DNA from: an uncultured virus (IMG/VR IMGVR_UViG_2660238384_000003)
Taxonomy: Duplodnaviria > Heunggongvirae > Uroviricota > Caudoviricetes
Reading direction: 5' to 3' (one strand)
Length of the DNA stretch: 61,700 nt
IMG/VR virus record: IMGVR_UViG_2660238384_000003
Location: 62,001 to 123,700 of that record
Below the pieces are notes generated by a model that was not told where the DNA came from, ran no database searches, and saw only the letters and a program-made list of their open reading frames with translations. Of the stretch, positions 18,435-26,632 are shown piece by piece (the stretch's first letter is position 1; each line of letters opens with the position of its first letter). The translations under genes were made by a program, and so were the position numbers.

Positions 18435-18929
18435 TCACCCCTGAGCAGCCTTCTTGGCTGCGCGCTTGATGGCCCTATCGATGCCTTTCTCGTATTCAGA
18501 TACGAAAGTGCTTGTGACTTCTGCGATGTTGTCTGCCAGAGCGCTTCGCATGAAAGGCTGAGCCCGCATGTCTTCTGTCCCGAACTCAAGAAGTCTCCAG
18601 TGCGGCGTCGGGGCATTCGCAGTCTTGTCCGAGCGCTCCCCTTTCTTGGGAAGAACGGCACCATGCAGAACGCCAATTCTGAACCCTAAGTCGCCCGTGC
18701 GTTTGAACAGACGGCCGTTCCAGCGCAACGCGATATTGTCGGAAATACTCCGGCCGGTTCCTGGATCGTCGATTTTTGCCGCGCCTTGTTTGGCCGCCTG
18801 CACTACGATCATTGCGGCCTTACGCAAAGCGGCGCGCCCGCCTCTCCGCTTCACGTCATCAGTAACGGAGTCCAGCTTGCCAAGCAAGGAATCCAAACCG
18901 GTGATGCTGAACTCAACGCCATCAGCCAT
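18435..18929 (-). CDS. HK97 gp10-like neck protein
   Basis: HWRLLEFGTEDMRAQPFMRSAL. Confidence 0.88.
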   Translation of the reverse strand: MADGVEFSITGLDSLLGKLDSVTDDVKRRGGRAALRKAAMIVVQAAKQGAAKIDDPGTGRSISDNIALRWNGRLFKRTGDLGFRIGVLHGAVLPKKGERSDKTANAPTPHWRLLEFGTEDMRAQPFMRSALADNIAEVTSTFVSEYEKGIDRAIKRAAKKAAQG

Positions 18930-19542
18930 GGAATCTCCGGAACGCAAAGCTGGTGATCCCCTCGCGCCCGAGATCGGATTCGCGCTCGTTGATCTCGACG
19001 CACCCGAAGTTCATCTTTGCAAACCAGCCGATTAGGCCGCGCACGCTCCAATAGTGCAGGTGTTCGCCTGGCTTGAAGTGCTTCGACTTCAGGCAATCGG
19101 CCTGGTCCTTGTAGACGGGCATGGAGACGAATACCCACTCGCTGACCTTGGCCACCAGCTCTTCTGGGTCTGGGATGTGCTCCAGGCTGTCCCAGCAGGT
19201 GATCGCTCGCAAGGGAAGCGCGTTGATATCGTAGAGCAGGCCACGCGAATCCAGCCAGGCGACGGCCTCGGGATTCACGTCGAAACCGGCCGATCCCTCG
19301 CACTCCAGTACGAACCGACCACCACCGATACCGATGTCCACCACGCCGCCGGCGAAGTGCTTGCGCACCAGCTCCACCCGGGCGCGGGTCAGCGCGGCGC
19401 CCATCGGGGTCGCATCGAGCACCTGATACTTCTCGAAATACGGCCCGCTATAGTCCATCGGAGGGCGCGGGTGAAAACCCATGCCAAGCTCTTCAGACCA
19501 GAGCAGGCAGTCGGTCAGCCCAGGCGGCAAAGCGTGCGTCAT
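18922..19542 (-). CDS. Class I SAM-dependent methyltransferase
   Basis: VVDIGIGGGRF (motif I), ITCWDSLEHIPDP; stop overlaps gp10 start. Confidence 0.88.
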   Translation of the reverse strand: MTHALPPGLTDCLLWSEELGMGFHPRPPMDYSGPYFEKYQVLDATPMGAALTRARVELVRKHFAGGVVDIGIGGGRFVLECEGSAGFDVNPEAVAWLDSRGLLYDINALPLRAITCWDSLEHIPDPEELVAKVSEWVFVSMPVYKDQADCLKSKHFKPGEHLHYWSVRGLIGWFAKMNFGCVEINERESDLGREGITSFAFRRFHG

Positions 19543-20320
19543 GATCGGCGATCCTTTTGTCACAAGTGTGCTGTTTCAGGGTGCAGCGGCAGAACCTGTC
19601 GGGGACCGCGAAGGTGATGCGGGAAAGGTCCATACATTTGTCAGTGATGTGTTCTGGCGAGTTGTATCCGCCCTGACCGCCGCAGATGATCCAGGCCGGC
19701 ACCTTGGCGGCGATGCTGCCTGGGACGATCCAGCCAATGCCGCCGATCACGGCATCTGCGTGCTGGAGCAGCGCGAGCAGTTGTTCAACCGGCAGTTCGC
19801 CCTTGTGGAACTGGATTTCTGCCGGCGGGAGTGGATCAAGCGCCCATTCCTTGCCCGGCTCTAGGTCTGCCACGGAAACCACTTTCCAGCCCCTGCGGCG
19901 CATCTCTGAGGCAGCGCTGGCGATGTACTCGGGCAGTGGGTTGCGCGTGTCTGCGCGCCACTCAGCGCGAACCGTGGCTGGGCGAACCAGCACATAGCGC
20001 CCATCGACTGGCGGAGGACCAAAGTCCGGCAGGTCGAACTTGCCGGGTTCGCAACGGAACGCCTTGCGCAGCCCCTGAATGATCGGGTCTCGGCCGTAGG
20101 CGATGCGCATTTGGCCGCCGCCGACAGGGCGGTGCCAGTCGTGCTCGCGCTGGATGTTCTTGGCCTGGGTTCTCAACTGCGTCGCCGGGCGAACGCACTT
20201 CACGTCGAGGTCGAGGTAAAGCTCTGGCCAGGGTGTTTCGAGGAATGCGCCGGGGTACTTCCTCAGGAATGCCCTGGAATAGATCGAGTCGCCGAGGCCG
20301 AGCATTCCACGGATCAGCAT
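19493..20320 (-). CDS. GT9-like (heptosyltransferase-fold, GT-B) glycosyltransferase
   Basis: N-terminal GLGD; LLALLQHADAVIG..AAKVPAWIICGG; C-terminal CRC..C. Confidence 0.8.
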   Translation of the reverse strand: MLIRGMLGLGDSIYSRAFLRKYPGAFLETPWPELYLDLDVKCVRPATQLRTQAKNIQREHDWHRPVGGGQMRIAYGRDPIIQGLRKAFRCEPGKFDLPDFGPPPVDGRYVLVRPATVRAEWRADTRNPLPEYIASAASEMRRRGWKVVSVADLEPGKEWALDPLPPAEIQFHKGELPVEQLLALLQHADAVIGGIGWIVPGSIAAKVPAWIICGGQGGYNSPEHITDKCMDLSRITFAVPDRFCRCTLKQHTCDKRIADHDARFAAWADRLPALV

Positions 20321-20323
20321 GGA

Positions 20324-20683
20324 TCAGTCACCCAGTCTGCTACGCAGTTCGTAGCCCATCAGTGGCCAGATTTTGGAGATGGCATTCTGCCGGGAGATTT
20401 TCCGGCCGATCTCCGCGTCGAAGTTCGCCGGGCTCGCACAGGCCGACTCGCCGGTGACGGTGAAGCCGTTCTTCAGTACCAGTACGCAGAAGGTCAGCAG
20501 GCCGAGCGATCCATGTACGCCCGCAACCACGGCGTCAGGATTGCAGTCAGGCCTCTGATTCACACCATCAGCCGCAGTGAAGTAGTACTCGCCAGCGATA
20601 TTCGTCTCGATGTCTGCCGGCGTGATGCGTGGCGCAGTCAGGCCCTTGGCTTGGATTTCTTGTTCGATTGCTTGGTCGGTCAT
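20324..20683 (-). CDS. Gp49 family phage protein (N4 gp49/Sf6 gp66 type)
   Basis: LTFCVLVLKNGFTVTGESACASPANFDAEIGRKI..IWPLMGY. Confidence 0.85.
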   Translation of the reverse strand: MTDQAIEQEIQAKGLTAPRITPADIETNIAGEYYFTAADGVNQRPDCNPDAVVAGVHGSLGLLTFCVLVLKNGFTVTGESACASPANFDAEIGRKISRQNAISKIWPLMGYELRSRLGD

Positions 20684-20697
20684 TTCGTGATCTCCAG

Positions 20698-20727
20698 AAA
20701 CGACGAAGCCCGCTCAGTGGCGGGCTT
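20698..20727 (-). terminator. Hairpin/terminator after the Rha-like gene
   Basis: Identical to 5787..5816. Confidence 0.65.
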
Positions 20728-20744
20728 TCGTTCGTCGGGTTGGG

Positions 20745-21470
20745 TTAGGCGGCTTGCGGGTAGATCAGGCGGAGTTGGCCCGGCAGCCCGAATGCCTGCA
20801 TGCACCTGGCTTCGAAGTCCTTGCGGTCAATCGAGCTATCCGCGATCAGCGTGACCATGCGGATTTGCTGGTCGAGCCGATCACGGCCTCCATCGGTCAG
20901 CCACTGGTGCATCCTTTCGCTTTCACCGCGGCGAGCCTTTAGCTCGGCATGCACTTCCTTCGGCAGGATGGCGGCGTAAACCCAGCGGTCGGTGATCTGA
21001 CCAAAGATGGCCGGCGTTCCCTTGGTATGACCTTCGAAAACGGTTCCGGTGATCCTGGCCAGAGCACGGTAGTAGTCATCGCCGAAGCGCTTCTCCCATG
21101 GAGCAGGAGCCGTCAGCAGGATCATACCCATCACGCTGTCCAGGCCTGCCTGATTACGGACGTCGCGGAAAGCCTTCACCAACCGGAGCTTGAGGTCGAC
21201 CACCAGGTCGCTATTCCGGGAAAGGCTCAGGAGGAAGTACGCCTGATCTTCATTCAGCAATGCGAAACGCTCAGCCCTGCCGCCGCCTTGGGCTCGCCGG
21301 CCAACTTCCTTTTGAAACGGCAGTTGGCCAAGCTCCTCAAACTTCCGCTGATAGCGCGTGACAAGGGCAAAGCTGTGCTTGTGCTTGACCCCTAGCTGCT
21401 CGGCAATCACGCGGCTATCGACACGCGCCTCGCCAGCGGAATGAACAAGCTTAATAACGTTGTCGCTCAT
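20745..21470 (-). CDS. Rha-like N-terminal plus P63C-like domain regulatory protein
   Basis: VDSRVIAEQLGVKH..LNEDQAYFL..LKLRLVKAF (Rha); PWEKRFGDDYY..GQITDRWVY..HQWLT (P63C). Confidence 0.8.
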   Translation of the reverse strand: MSDNVIKLVHSAGEARVDSRVIAEQLGVKHKHSFALVTRYQRKFEELGQLPFQKEVGRRAQGGGRAERFALLNEDQAYFLLSLSRNSDLVVDLKLRLVKAFRDVRNQAGLDSVMGMILLTAPAPWEKRFGDDYYRALARITGTVFEGHTKGTPAIFGQITDRWVYAAILPKEVHAELKARRGESERMHQWLTDGGRDRLDQQIRMVTLIADSSIDRKDFEARCMQAFGLPGQLRLIYPQAA

Positions 21471-21500
21471 GTCGTTACCTCGCTCATCAGGCGAATAGAA

Positions 21501-21560
21501 ACGCAGCGGGGCGGACGGATGAGCGACATCCGCCGTTCGGCTGTACGGGCCTAGCTGCGT
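21501..21560 (-). ncRNA. C4/CI-like antisense structured RNA upstream of the Rha-like gene
   Basis: ACGCAGC/GCTGCGT closing stem; internal TGTCGCTCAT complementary to the start region ATGAGCGACA. Confidence 0.6.
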
Positions 21561-21586
21561 GTTGAGCGCCCTTGCGGGCCAAATAG

Positions 21587-21943
21587 TTACCGGCCGTCCG
21601 TCAATCCATCAGAACAACGCAGACGCCACTCACGGCGAGCGGTGACATCGGTCTCTGCGCTGGTGATGTTGTAGACTCGGCCATCCCAGAGGACCCGCCA
21701 GGTGTACAGTTCCAACCGTTCTACGGGGAACCACCGACAGTTGATCCTGGCAGTGGTCTCTGCCTGCGTAGCGTCGGCAGCGATCAACTCGCGACCCGGC
21801 CCAGTCAGAACCTCTGCGGGCAGGTCGGCGCGACCGGAGAACAGAACCGTCTCCCAGGTCGTCGTCTCTTCTCCCGTGTCAGGATCTTGTGTGTGGACCT
21901 GCCGCTGAAACTGAATGCGGTGACGCATTCGATAGGCCAGCAT
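21587..21943 (-). CDS. Head closure (head-tail adaptor) protein
   Basis: MRHRIQFQR..QDPDTGE..W..GRE..WDGRVYNI. Confidence 0.88.
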   Translation of the reverse strand: MLAYRMRHRIQFQRQVHTQDPDTGEETTTWETVLFSGRADLPAEVLTGPGRELIAADATQAETTARINCRWFPVERLELYTWRVLWDGRVYNITSAETDVTARREWRLRCSDGLTDGR

Positions 21944-22264
21944 TCAAACCCCCAGGCCGCATCGGTACGGCATCAGCTTCACTTCGGCCGCCTTGCGCAG
22001 CGTTGCGATCTCTTCGGGAGCAGCCTGATAGCTGGCCTGAAGCAAAAGAAGTACTCCGATGACCACGCTAGGCGGAATGCCTGGTTCGCTGCTGACTACC
22101 TCACTGCTCTCTTCGCATTTGCAAAGGCCATCAAGAGACTGGCGCCACATGAATTGGCAGGCCTCATCTTCCGCCCCGTCCAGCAGCAATTGGAGCTTGG
22201 CGTCATCCCAATCATGGATCACATCAAGGAAGGACTTTGCTGTATCAAGCGGGATCATGCTCAT
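21944..22264 (-). CDS. Head-tail connector (HK97 gp6-like)
   Basis: LDTAKSFLDV..DDAKLQLLLDGAE..IPPSVVIGVLLL..LMPYR. Confidence 0.85.
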   Translation of the reverse strand: MSMIPLDTAKSFLDVIHDWDDAKLQLLLDGAEDEACQFMWRQSLDGLCKCEESSEVVSSEPGIPPSVVIGVLLLLQASYQAAPEEIATLRKAAEVKLMPYRCGLGV

Positions 22265-22811
22265 TCAGCACTTCCTCCAGCGGGCGTCGAGCGAAGCAGG
22301 TCAGCGCTGTTTCGCGAGTGCAATTGATGATTTCGATTGTCGGGTTGTTGCGCTTCAGGCGCTCGAACTCGGACGGCCACTCCGCGATCTTGCCGGCGCT
22401 CCCTAGCCCCTTCGGGTGGTCGCCGTGCCAGTGCGATTGGCCATTGGTTTTCTGCATGTCATAGCCCAGCAGGATGATGCGTTTAGCACCCCTGGCGATG
22501 GCCAAGGAAACTGCGCCGCCGCCTGAGTTCCTGTAGTGCTCGATGCGCGCCGTCTTGATTCCGAAGGGGTTGGCGCTGAGCGTCAGAAGCTCGCCACAGA
22601 AGTTTGCTTTAGCCTCGGCGGCGTATTTCTCCCACCAGGCCTTATCCATTGCCCACAGTGCATCAGCCCAGGGGGTCAGTCGGAACGTTGTGTTCGTGCA
22701 GATGGCCGCCCTCTGCGGCGAGGAGTTCCGCCATTCTCTGACTCGCTCGCAGTCTTCTGCTGTGAGGCTGGGGCCACTTGCGAGGCAGACAGCGACTCGC
22801 CAGCCACAGGC
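22245..22811 (-). CDS. Maf/DUF115/GT42-like transferase domain, probably expressed as a -1 frameshift fusion to the upstream small protein
   Basis: AVCLASGPSL, NSGGGAVSLAIARGAKRIILLGYD, IINCT motifs; ORF-track TTG start at 22841 lacks an SD; C CCA AAG at 22811..22817. Confidence 0.7.
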   Translation of the reverse strand, partial: ACGWRVAVCLASGPSLTAEDCERVREWRNSSPQRAAICTNTTFRLTPWADALWAMDKAWWEKYAAEAKANFCGELLTLSANPFGIKTARIEHYRNSGGGAVSLAIARGAKRIILLGYDMQKTNGQSHWHGDHPKGLGSAGKIAEWPSEFERLKRNNPTIEIINCTRETALTCFARRPLEEVLNEHDPA

Positions 22812-22963
22812 TTTGGGATCTCTGATTCCACAATCTGGCAAAGACCGCGCGCCACCAACTGGCGCGCCAGGTGCTCGGATGCAAGGTATGCATCACCGCC
22901 AGCCTTTCTCACGCGACCGCCGTCCAGGTATGAGCGAATTGGCTTGATCATTACGTCAGGCAT
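22676..22963 (-). CDS. Small protein following the major capsid gene, with Ser/Thr/Arg-rich tail
   Basis: GAGGTG SD, ATG at 22963; A..L.ARGL motif then low-complexity tail. Confidence 0.75.
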   Translation of the reverse strand: MPDVMIKPIRSYLDGGRVRKAGGDAYLASEHLARQLVARGLCQIVESEIPKPVAGESLSASQVAPASQQKTASESENGGTPRRRGRPSARTQRSD

Positions 22964-22971
22964 AGTCACCT

Positions 22972-23003
22972 CAAAGAAAGAAGGGCCGGTCTCCCGGCCC
23001 CTT
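22972..23003 (-). terminator. Terminator after major capsid gene
   Basis: GGGCCGG gaga CCGGCCC TTCTTTCTTT on the minus strand. Confidence 0.75.
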
Positions 23004-23007
23004 CCAG

Positions 23008-24195
23008 TTAGCTGGCGGTCAGCGAACCAGTCACGAAAGCCTCGGGGCGATAGACCGCGAAGGCCAGCCGCTCCTCAGCGCGGATGGTGACCATGTTTTT
23101 CTCGAAGTCCTTGTCGTTCTCGGTGGAAACCAGAACCTCGATGTCCATGCGGTCGAAGATCTGGGCGCCGAGAGAGAACGCACCGGTCAGGAACTCGTCC
23201 TGAGTGATGGCCTGGGTTTCCACCACCGGCAGACGCCAGAGGGTCGGAGTGGTGCCGTTCTGCGGGCTGCCGATGATGTAGCGGTTCTCAGCGTCCTTGG
23301 TCAGCTCGATCAGCGCCCAGTCGATGGGGTTGAGCACGATACCGCTGGCCGGGAACTCGGCCAGTTGCGCCTGAAGGATCGCCAGGCGGATGCGGTCGAT
23401 TCGCTGTTCCGCGGTTACCACTACGCCACTCGGCGGCGCGTAGGCCTGCGCCTGCGGAATGATACCGTGCAGATTGGCACCGGTTCCGTTTCCGTAGAGC
23501 AGTTGACCTTCTTCGACCAGCATCAGGCCGTAACGAGCGCGCGCATCGATGTAGCTCTGCAAGGCCGATGCGTCGTCCAGGATCTGGCGACTTGCCTTGA
23601 ATAGGTGGGCGATGGTGCGAACCGGCGCGTTTTCCAGCTCGAAGCTGAGGTCGGAGTACGGCTTCTGGGTGTTTTCCGAAACAGGAGCGGCATTGTTGAC
23701 GAAGCCGGTCTCGCGGACGTACTCGACGGAGTTCGACTCAGTGGTGCCAGGCGCAACCAGGTCGCGGATGGTCAGTCGACGCTGCGGAGCGGCAACGACA
23801 CCGGGGCGACGATCAGGAGCAACCAGGGCGCCGCCGGAGCCGTCGATGGAGGTGATGGCCGAGCGCGGCATGGATACGCGATGCGAGCCGCGCAGGGAGC
23901 TGGTTACACCCTGCTCTTTCAGGCTCTCTGCGACCATTTGGCCAGCGGTCTTCGGTGCTTCCTCGCCGCTGTCACGCTTCTCGTTGGCCAGCATGGCTTG
24001 TTCCGCAGCGCTCAGTCGCGCTTGCAGTTCGCCCTGAGCAGTCAGCAGTTCGTCGACCTTGGCGCGGGTTTCCTTGTTCATCTCGCCGAAGTTGGCGATC
24101 TGAGTATTGACCTGTTCGGCCTGGGACTTGATCTGGTCCCCAACCTGCTTGAGGCTGGCGTTCAGTTCGCCGATTTGTTTTTCGAAGTCGCTCAT
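23008..24195 (-). CDS. Major capsid protein, HK97 family
   Basis: Coiled-coil delta domain; RRLTIRDL; NMVTIRAEERL..RPEAFV. Confidence 0.96.
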   Translation of the reverse strand: MSDFEKQIGELNASLKQVGDQIKSQAEQVNTQIANFGEMNKETRAKVDELLTAQGELQARLSAAEQAMLANEKRDSGEEAPKTAGQMVAESLKEQGVTSSLRGSHRVSMPRSAITSIDGSGGALVAPDRRPGVVAAPQRRLTIRDLVAPGTTESNSVEYVRETGFVNNAAPVSENTQKPYSDLSFELENAPVRTIAHLFKASRQILDDASALQSYIDARARYGLMLVEEGQLLYGNGTGANLHGIIPQAQAYAPPSGVVVTAEQRIDRIRLAILQAQLAEFPASGIVLNPIDWALIELTKDAENRYIIGSPQNGTTPTLWRLPVVETQAITQDEFLTGAFSLGAQIFDRMDIEVLVSTENDKDFEKNMVTIRAEERLAFAVYRPEAFVTGSLTAS

Positions 24196-25082
24196 TGCGA
24201 TTCTCCTTGGAGGAATTTGGTGATGTCTTGTGCTGCCCGTAGTGCAGCGGAGAGGTCAGGAGCGACAGCGCCAGGCATATCGGTCGGGGTGTCACCACCC
24301 CCGCCAGCAGCGCCAAGCATGCTGGTCTTGAAGTCGTTGATGAGTTCATTGCGCTGACTTCGCGGCATGCCGCTGCGAGCCAGAGCGGCATCCATCCGGC
24401 GCTTGGCCAAGATGGCTTCACTGCGGTTGCTGGGCGCACTGGATATCTCGTCGGATTCCAGGAAGGCATCTGCCCACCCCTTGTCGACGGCTTCGCGCCC
24501 GCCGATCCAGGTCTCGGCGTCCATCTGCTTCACAATGTCGTCGATATCGATGCCGGTGCGCTGCGCGTAGATGTCAGCCAGCGTCATGTCGAATGGCTCC
24601 AGCCAGTCGGCGATCTCGCGCAAGTCGTTCCGATTGCCCATGGCGATCAGCCAGGCGTTGTGGGTCATCAGGAAGGCGGCGCGGCCAATGCGGATTTCAT
24701 CCCCTGCCATGGCGATAAAGGAGGCGGCAGAAGCAGCCAATCCGATGATGTTCACCGTGACCTTGCCCTTGTGCTCGCGCAGCAGGTTGTAGATGGCCAG
24801 CCCCTCGAACACGTCGCCACCCGGACTATTGATATTCACGGTCACATCGACATCGCCGCCGATGGCGCGCAGCGCACCGGCAATGCGTTTCGCGGTTACG
24901 CCCTCGCCGGTCCACCAGTCGTAACCGATGGGTTCGTAGATGGTGATGGTGGTGTCGGGGTTATCGCCGGCCGCGGCGCGAAGCTCAGGACGCCATGCAT
25001 CCAGCGCTTTTGGCGCCAGGTCGCACTGGACGCCCGAGCGCGGGCGAGCCTCCGGCGCTGCCGGAAGATTTCGCAGAGTCAT
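24192..25082 (-). CDS. ClpP-type head maturation protease
   Basis: INSPGGDVFEG, GLAASAASFIAMAG, MTHNAW, AETW. Confidence 0.93.
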   Translation of the reverse strand: MTLRNLPAAPEARPRSGVQCDLAPKALDAWRPELRAAAGDNPDTTITIYEPIGYDWWTGEGVTAKRIAGALRAIGGDVDVTVNINSPGGDVFEGLAIYNLLREHKGKVTVNIIGLAASAASFIAMAGDEIRIGRAAFLMTHNAWLIAMGNRNDLREIADWLEPFDMTLADIYAQRTGIDIDDIVKQMDAETWIGGREAVDKGWADAFLESDEISSAPSNRSEAILAKRRMDAALARSGMPRSQRNELINDFKTSMLGAAGGGGDTPTDMPGAVAPDLSAALRAAQDITKFLQGESQ

Positions 25083-25107
25083 GGGTTACTCCTGTGTTTC
25101 TTCGAAT

Positions 25108-26475
25108 TCAGGCCCGGGAACTTTCAGTCCTGCGCCATGCTGGTTTACGAGTTGTCGCGCTTCGTCGGCGGTGATCATCTTCCCAACGCCGAGGTAGGCC
25201 TTTTGAACCGCCTCTACGGCGGAGAGCTTTCTTTCGTTGCCCCCCCAGTTGATCCAGGGGGACTAGGTTGGATTGCACAGTCAGGATGTCGCCGCCGGGA
25301 AGCTCTGGAAGGTTCTCTTTCCGGCGACCTTCGTTGCGGGTCATGAATCCGTTTTGCGCCATGGTGCTGTACCAGGCAGCGCGACCCGCGCTATCAGCTT
25401 TCAGGAATCCCTCAAGGGAAAACTCGGCGTAATAGCGAATCCGCTCGGGCGCAGTTAGCAGCCGCTTGTTGACGCACTGCTGAATCTGATTGGTGATCGA
25501 ACTGATCGAGAATGTCAGGAACGCGAGCATCTGCTGTTCAAGCCCGGTCCCCCAGTTGCTACCCTTGTCGGTCTGGCCAATCATCCAGGGCGGAACCCCG
25601 AACCATCTGCAAATCTCGATCACTCCATGCTCTCGCGTCTCCAGCAACTGAGCATCGACTGGGTTGATGCCGATAGTCTCAGGAGTAATCCCCTGCTCCA
25701 GAACCGGGGATCTTCCGGAGTTCATCGCGCCCGATACGGACTTCACATACTCCCTGAACTCCTCCCGCTGCGCAGGCTGGAGAATGCGGTCAACCTTGAA
25801 TGCGACCGTGGGGAGCAGTCCGTTCTTGAATGTGCCGTTGGCGGCATCCTCCGCCGACATGACCGAACCGAAGACATCGACGCCATACCGGATGGCAGAG
25901 AGACCGACTCTGCCATCCAGCGTAAACGCCGGGATGTGCAGCATGTTTGTGCGCTCGATCTCTCTACGGGCACCCTTCTTTGGCGTGTAGAAGTACTTCA
26001 GCCGACCGTTGTCATCACACTCCAGGTCGACCCTCGACGGAAGCAGGAAGTCCAGCGCAGCTGGCCTACCGGCAGCACGACGAATCTCCGCGTATGCGTT
26101 CCCCCAAAGCAACATCGATGCGACCATGGCTTGCCAGAACTGGAAGGCCGTCATGTCGTCATTGGGGCTGTTGTGGACAACATCGTAGAGCGGGAACGAC
26201 CGAGCATCGACTCTGCTCCCGTCCGCTTTCCGCTCGTACACTCCAAGCGGCAGCCCGGCGACAGAAGTAGAGATCAAGCGAACGCAAGCCCATACCGCGG
26301 ACAGCTTCATTGCCTTGTCAACAGTGACCTTCTTCCCGCTCGAGGACTCTAGCCCGAAGAACTGCGACCAGAACGCGCCATCTGTCAGGCGGATGGTCTT
26401 ATCCCCCCAACCGAACAATGAAGCCCTGGGCGCAGACGTAGCACTGCTCAGGACTTTTCCGAGACTCTTACTCAC
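25108..26475 (-). CDS. Portal protein, HK97 family (C-terminal frame depends on a G7 tract)
   Basis: SAVWACVRLIS, LLWGNAY, ICRWFGVPP, MTRNEGRRKENLP. Confidence 0.93.
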   Translation of the reverse strand: MSKSLGKVLSSATSAPRASLFGWGDKTIRLTDGAFWSQFFGLESSSGKKVTVDKAMKLSAVWACVRLISTSVAGLPLGVYERKADGSRVDARSFPLYDVVHNSPNDDMTAFQFWQAMVASMLLWGNAYAEIRRAAGRPAALDFLLPSRVDLECDDNGRLKYFYTPKKGARREIERTNMLHIPAFTLDGRVGLSAIRYGVDVFGSVMSAEDAANGTFKNGLLPTVAFKVDRILQPAQREEFREYVKSVSGAMNSGRSPVLEQGITPETIGINPVDAQLLETREHGVIEICRWFGVPPWMIGQTDKGSNWGTGLEQQMLAFLTFSISSITNQIQQCVNKRLLTAPERIRYYAEFSLEGFLKADSAGRAAWYSTMAQNGFMTRNEGRRKENLPELPGGDILTVQSNLVPLDQLGGQRKKALRRRGGSKGLPRRWEDDHRRRSATTRKPAWRRTESSRA

Positions 26476-26632
26476 TGGTCAGCCCCTTGCGAATGAACGC
26501 CGCGATAGCGAATGCTGACGCTGCACCGGAAATGAGCGCCCAGCCGAGCCCCAGCAGCACGAAGGTTCCGGCTACGAAAAGAGCCAGACCAAGGACGCCG
26601 AAGAAGAGGTAGAGGCCAGTTGCGATGTTCAT
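26468..26632 (-). CDS. Small two-TM protein between terL and portal
   Basis: 54 aa MNIATGLYLFFGVLGLALFVAGTFVLLGLGWALISG.. read by hand; overlaps both neighbours. Confidence 0.7.
   Translation of the reverse strand: MNIATGLYLFFGVLGLALFVAGTFVLLGLGWALISGAASAFAIAAFIRKGLTSE

Noticed and set aside
18922..20320. Serotype-conversion cassette or DNA methyltransferase
   Set aside because: No TM-rich Wzy/Oac/GtrA-type genes, no DPPY/NPPY or PC motif, and genes are coupled to late structural genes; LPS modification is not fully excluded
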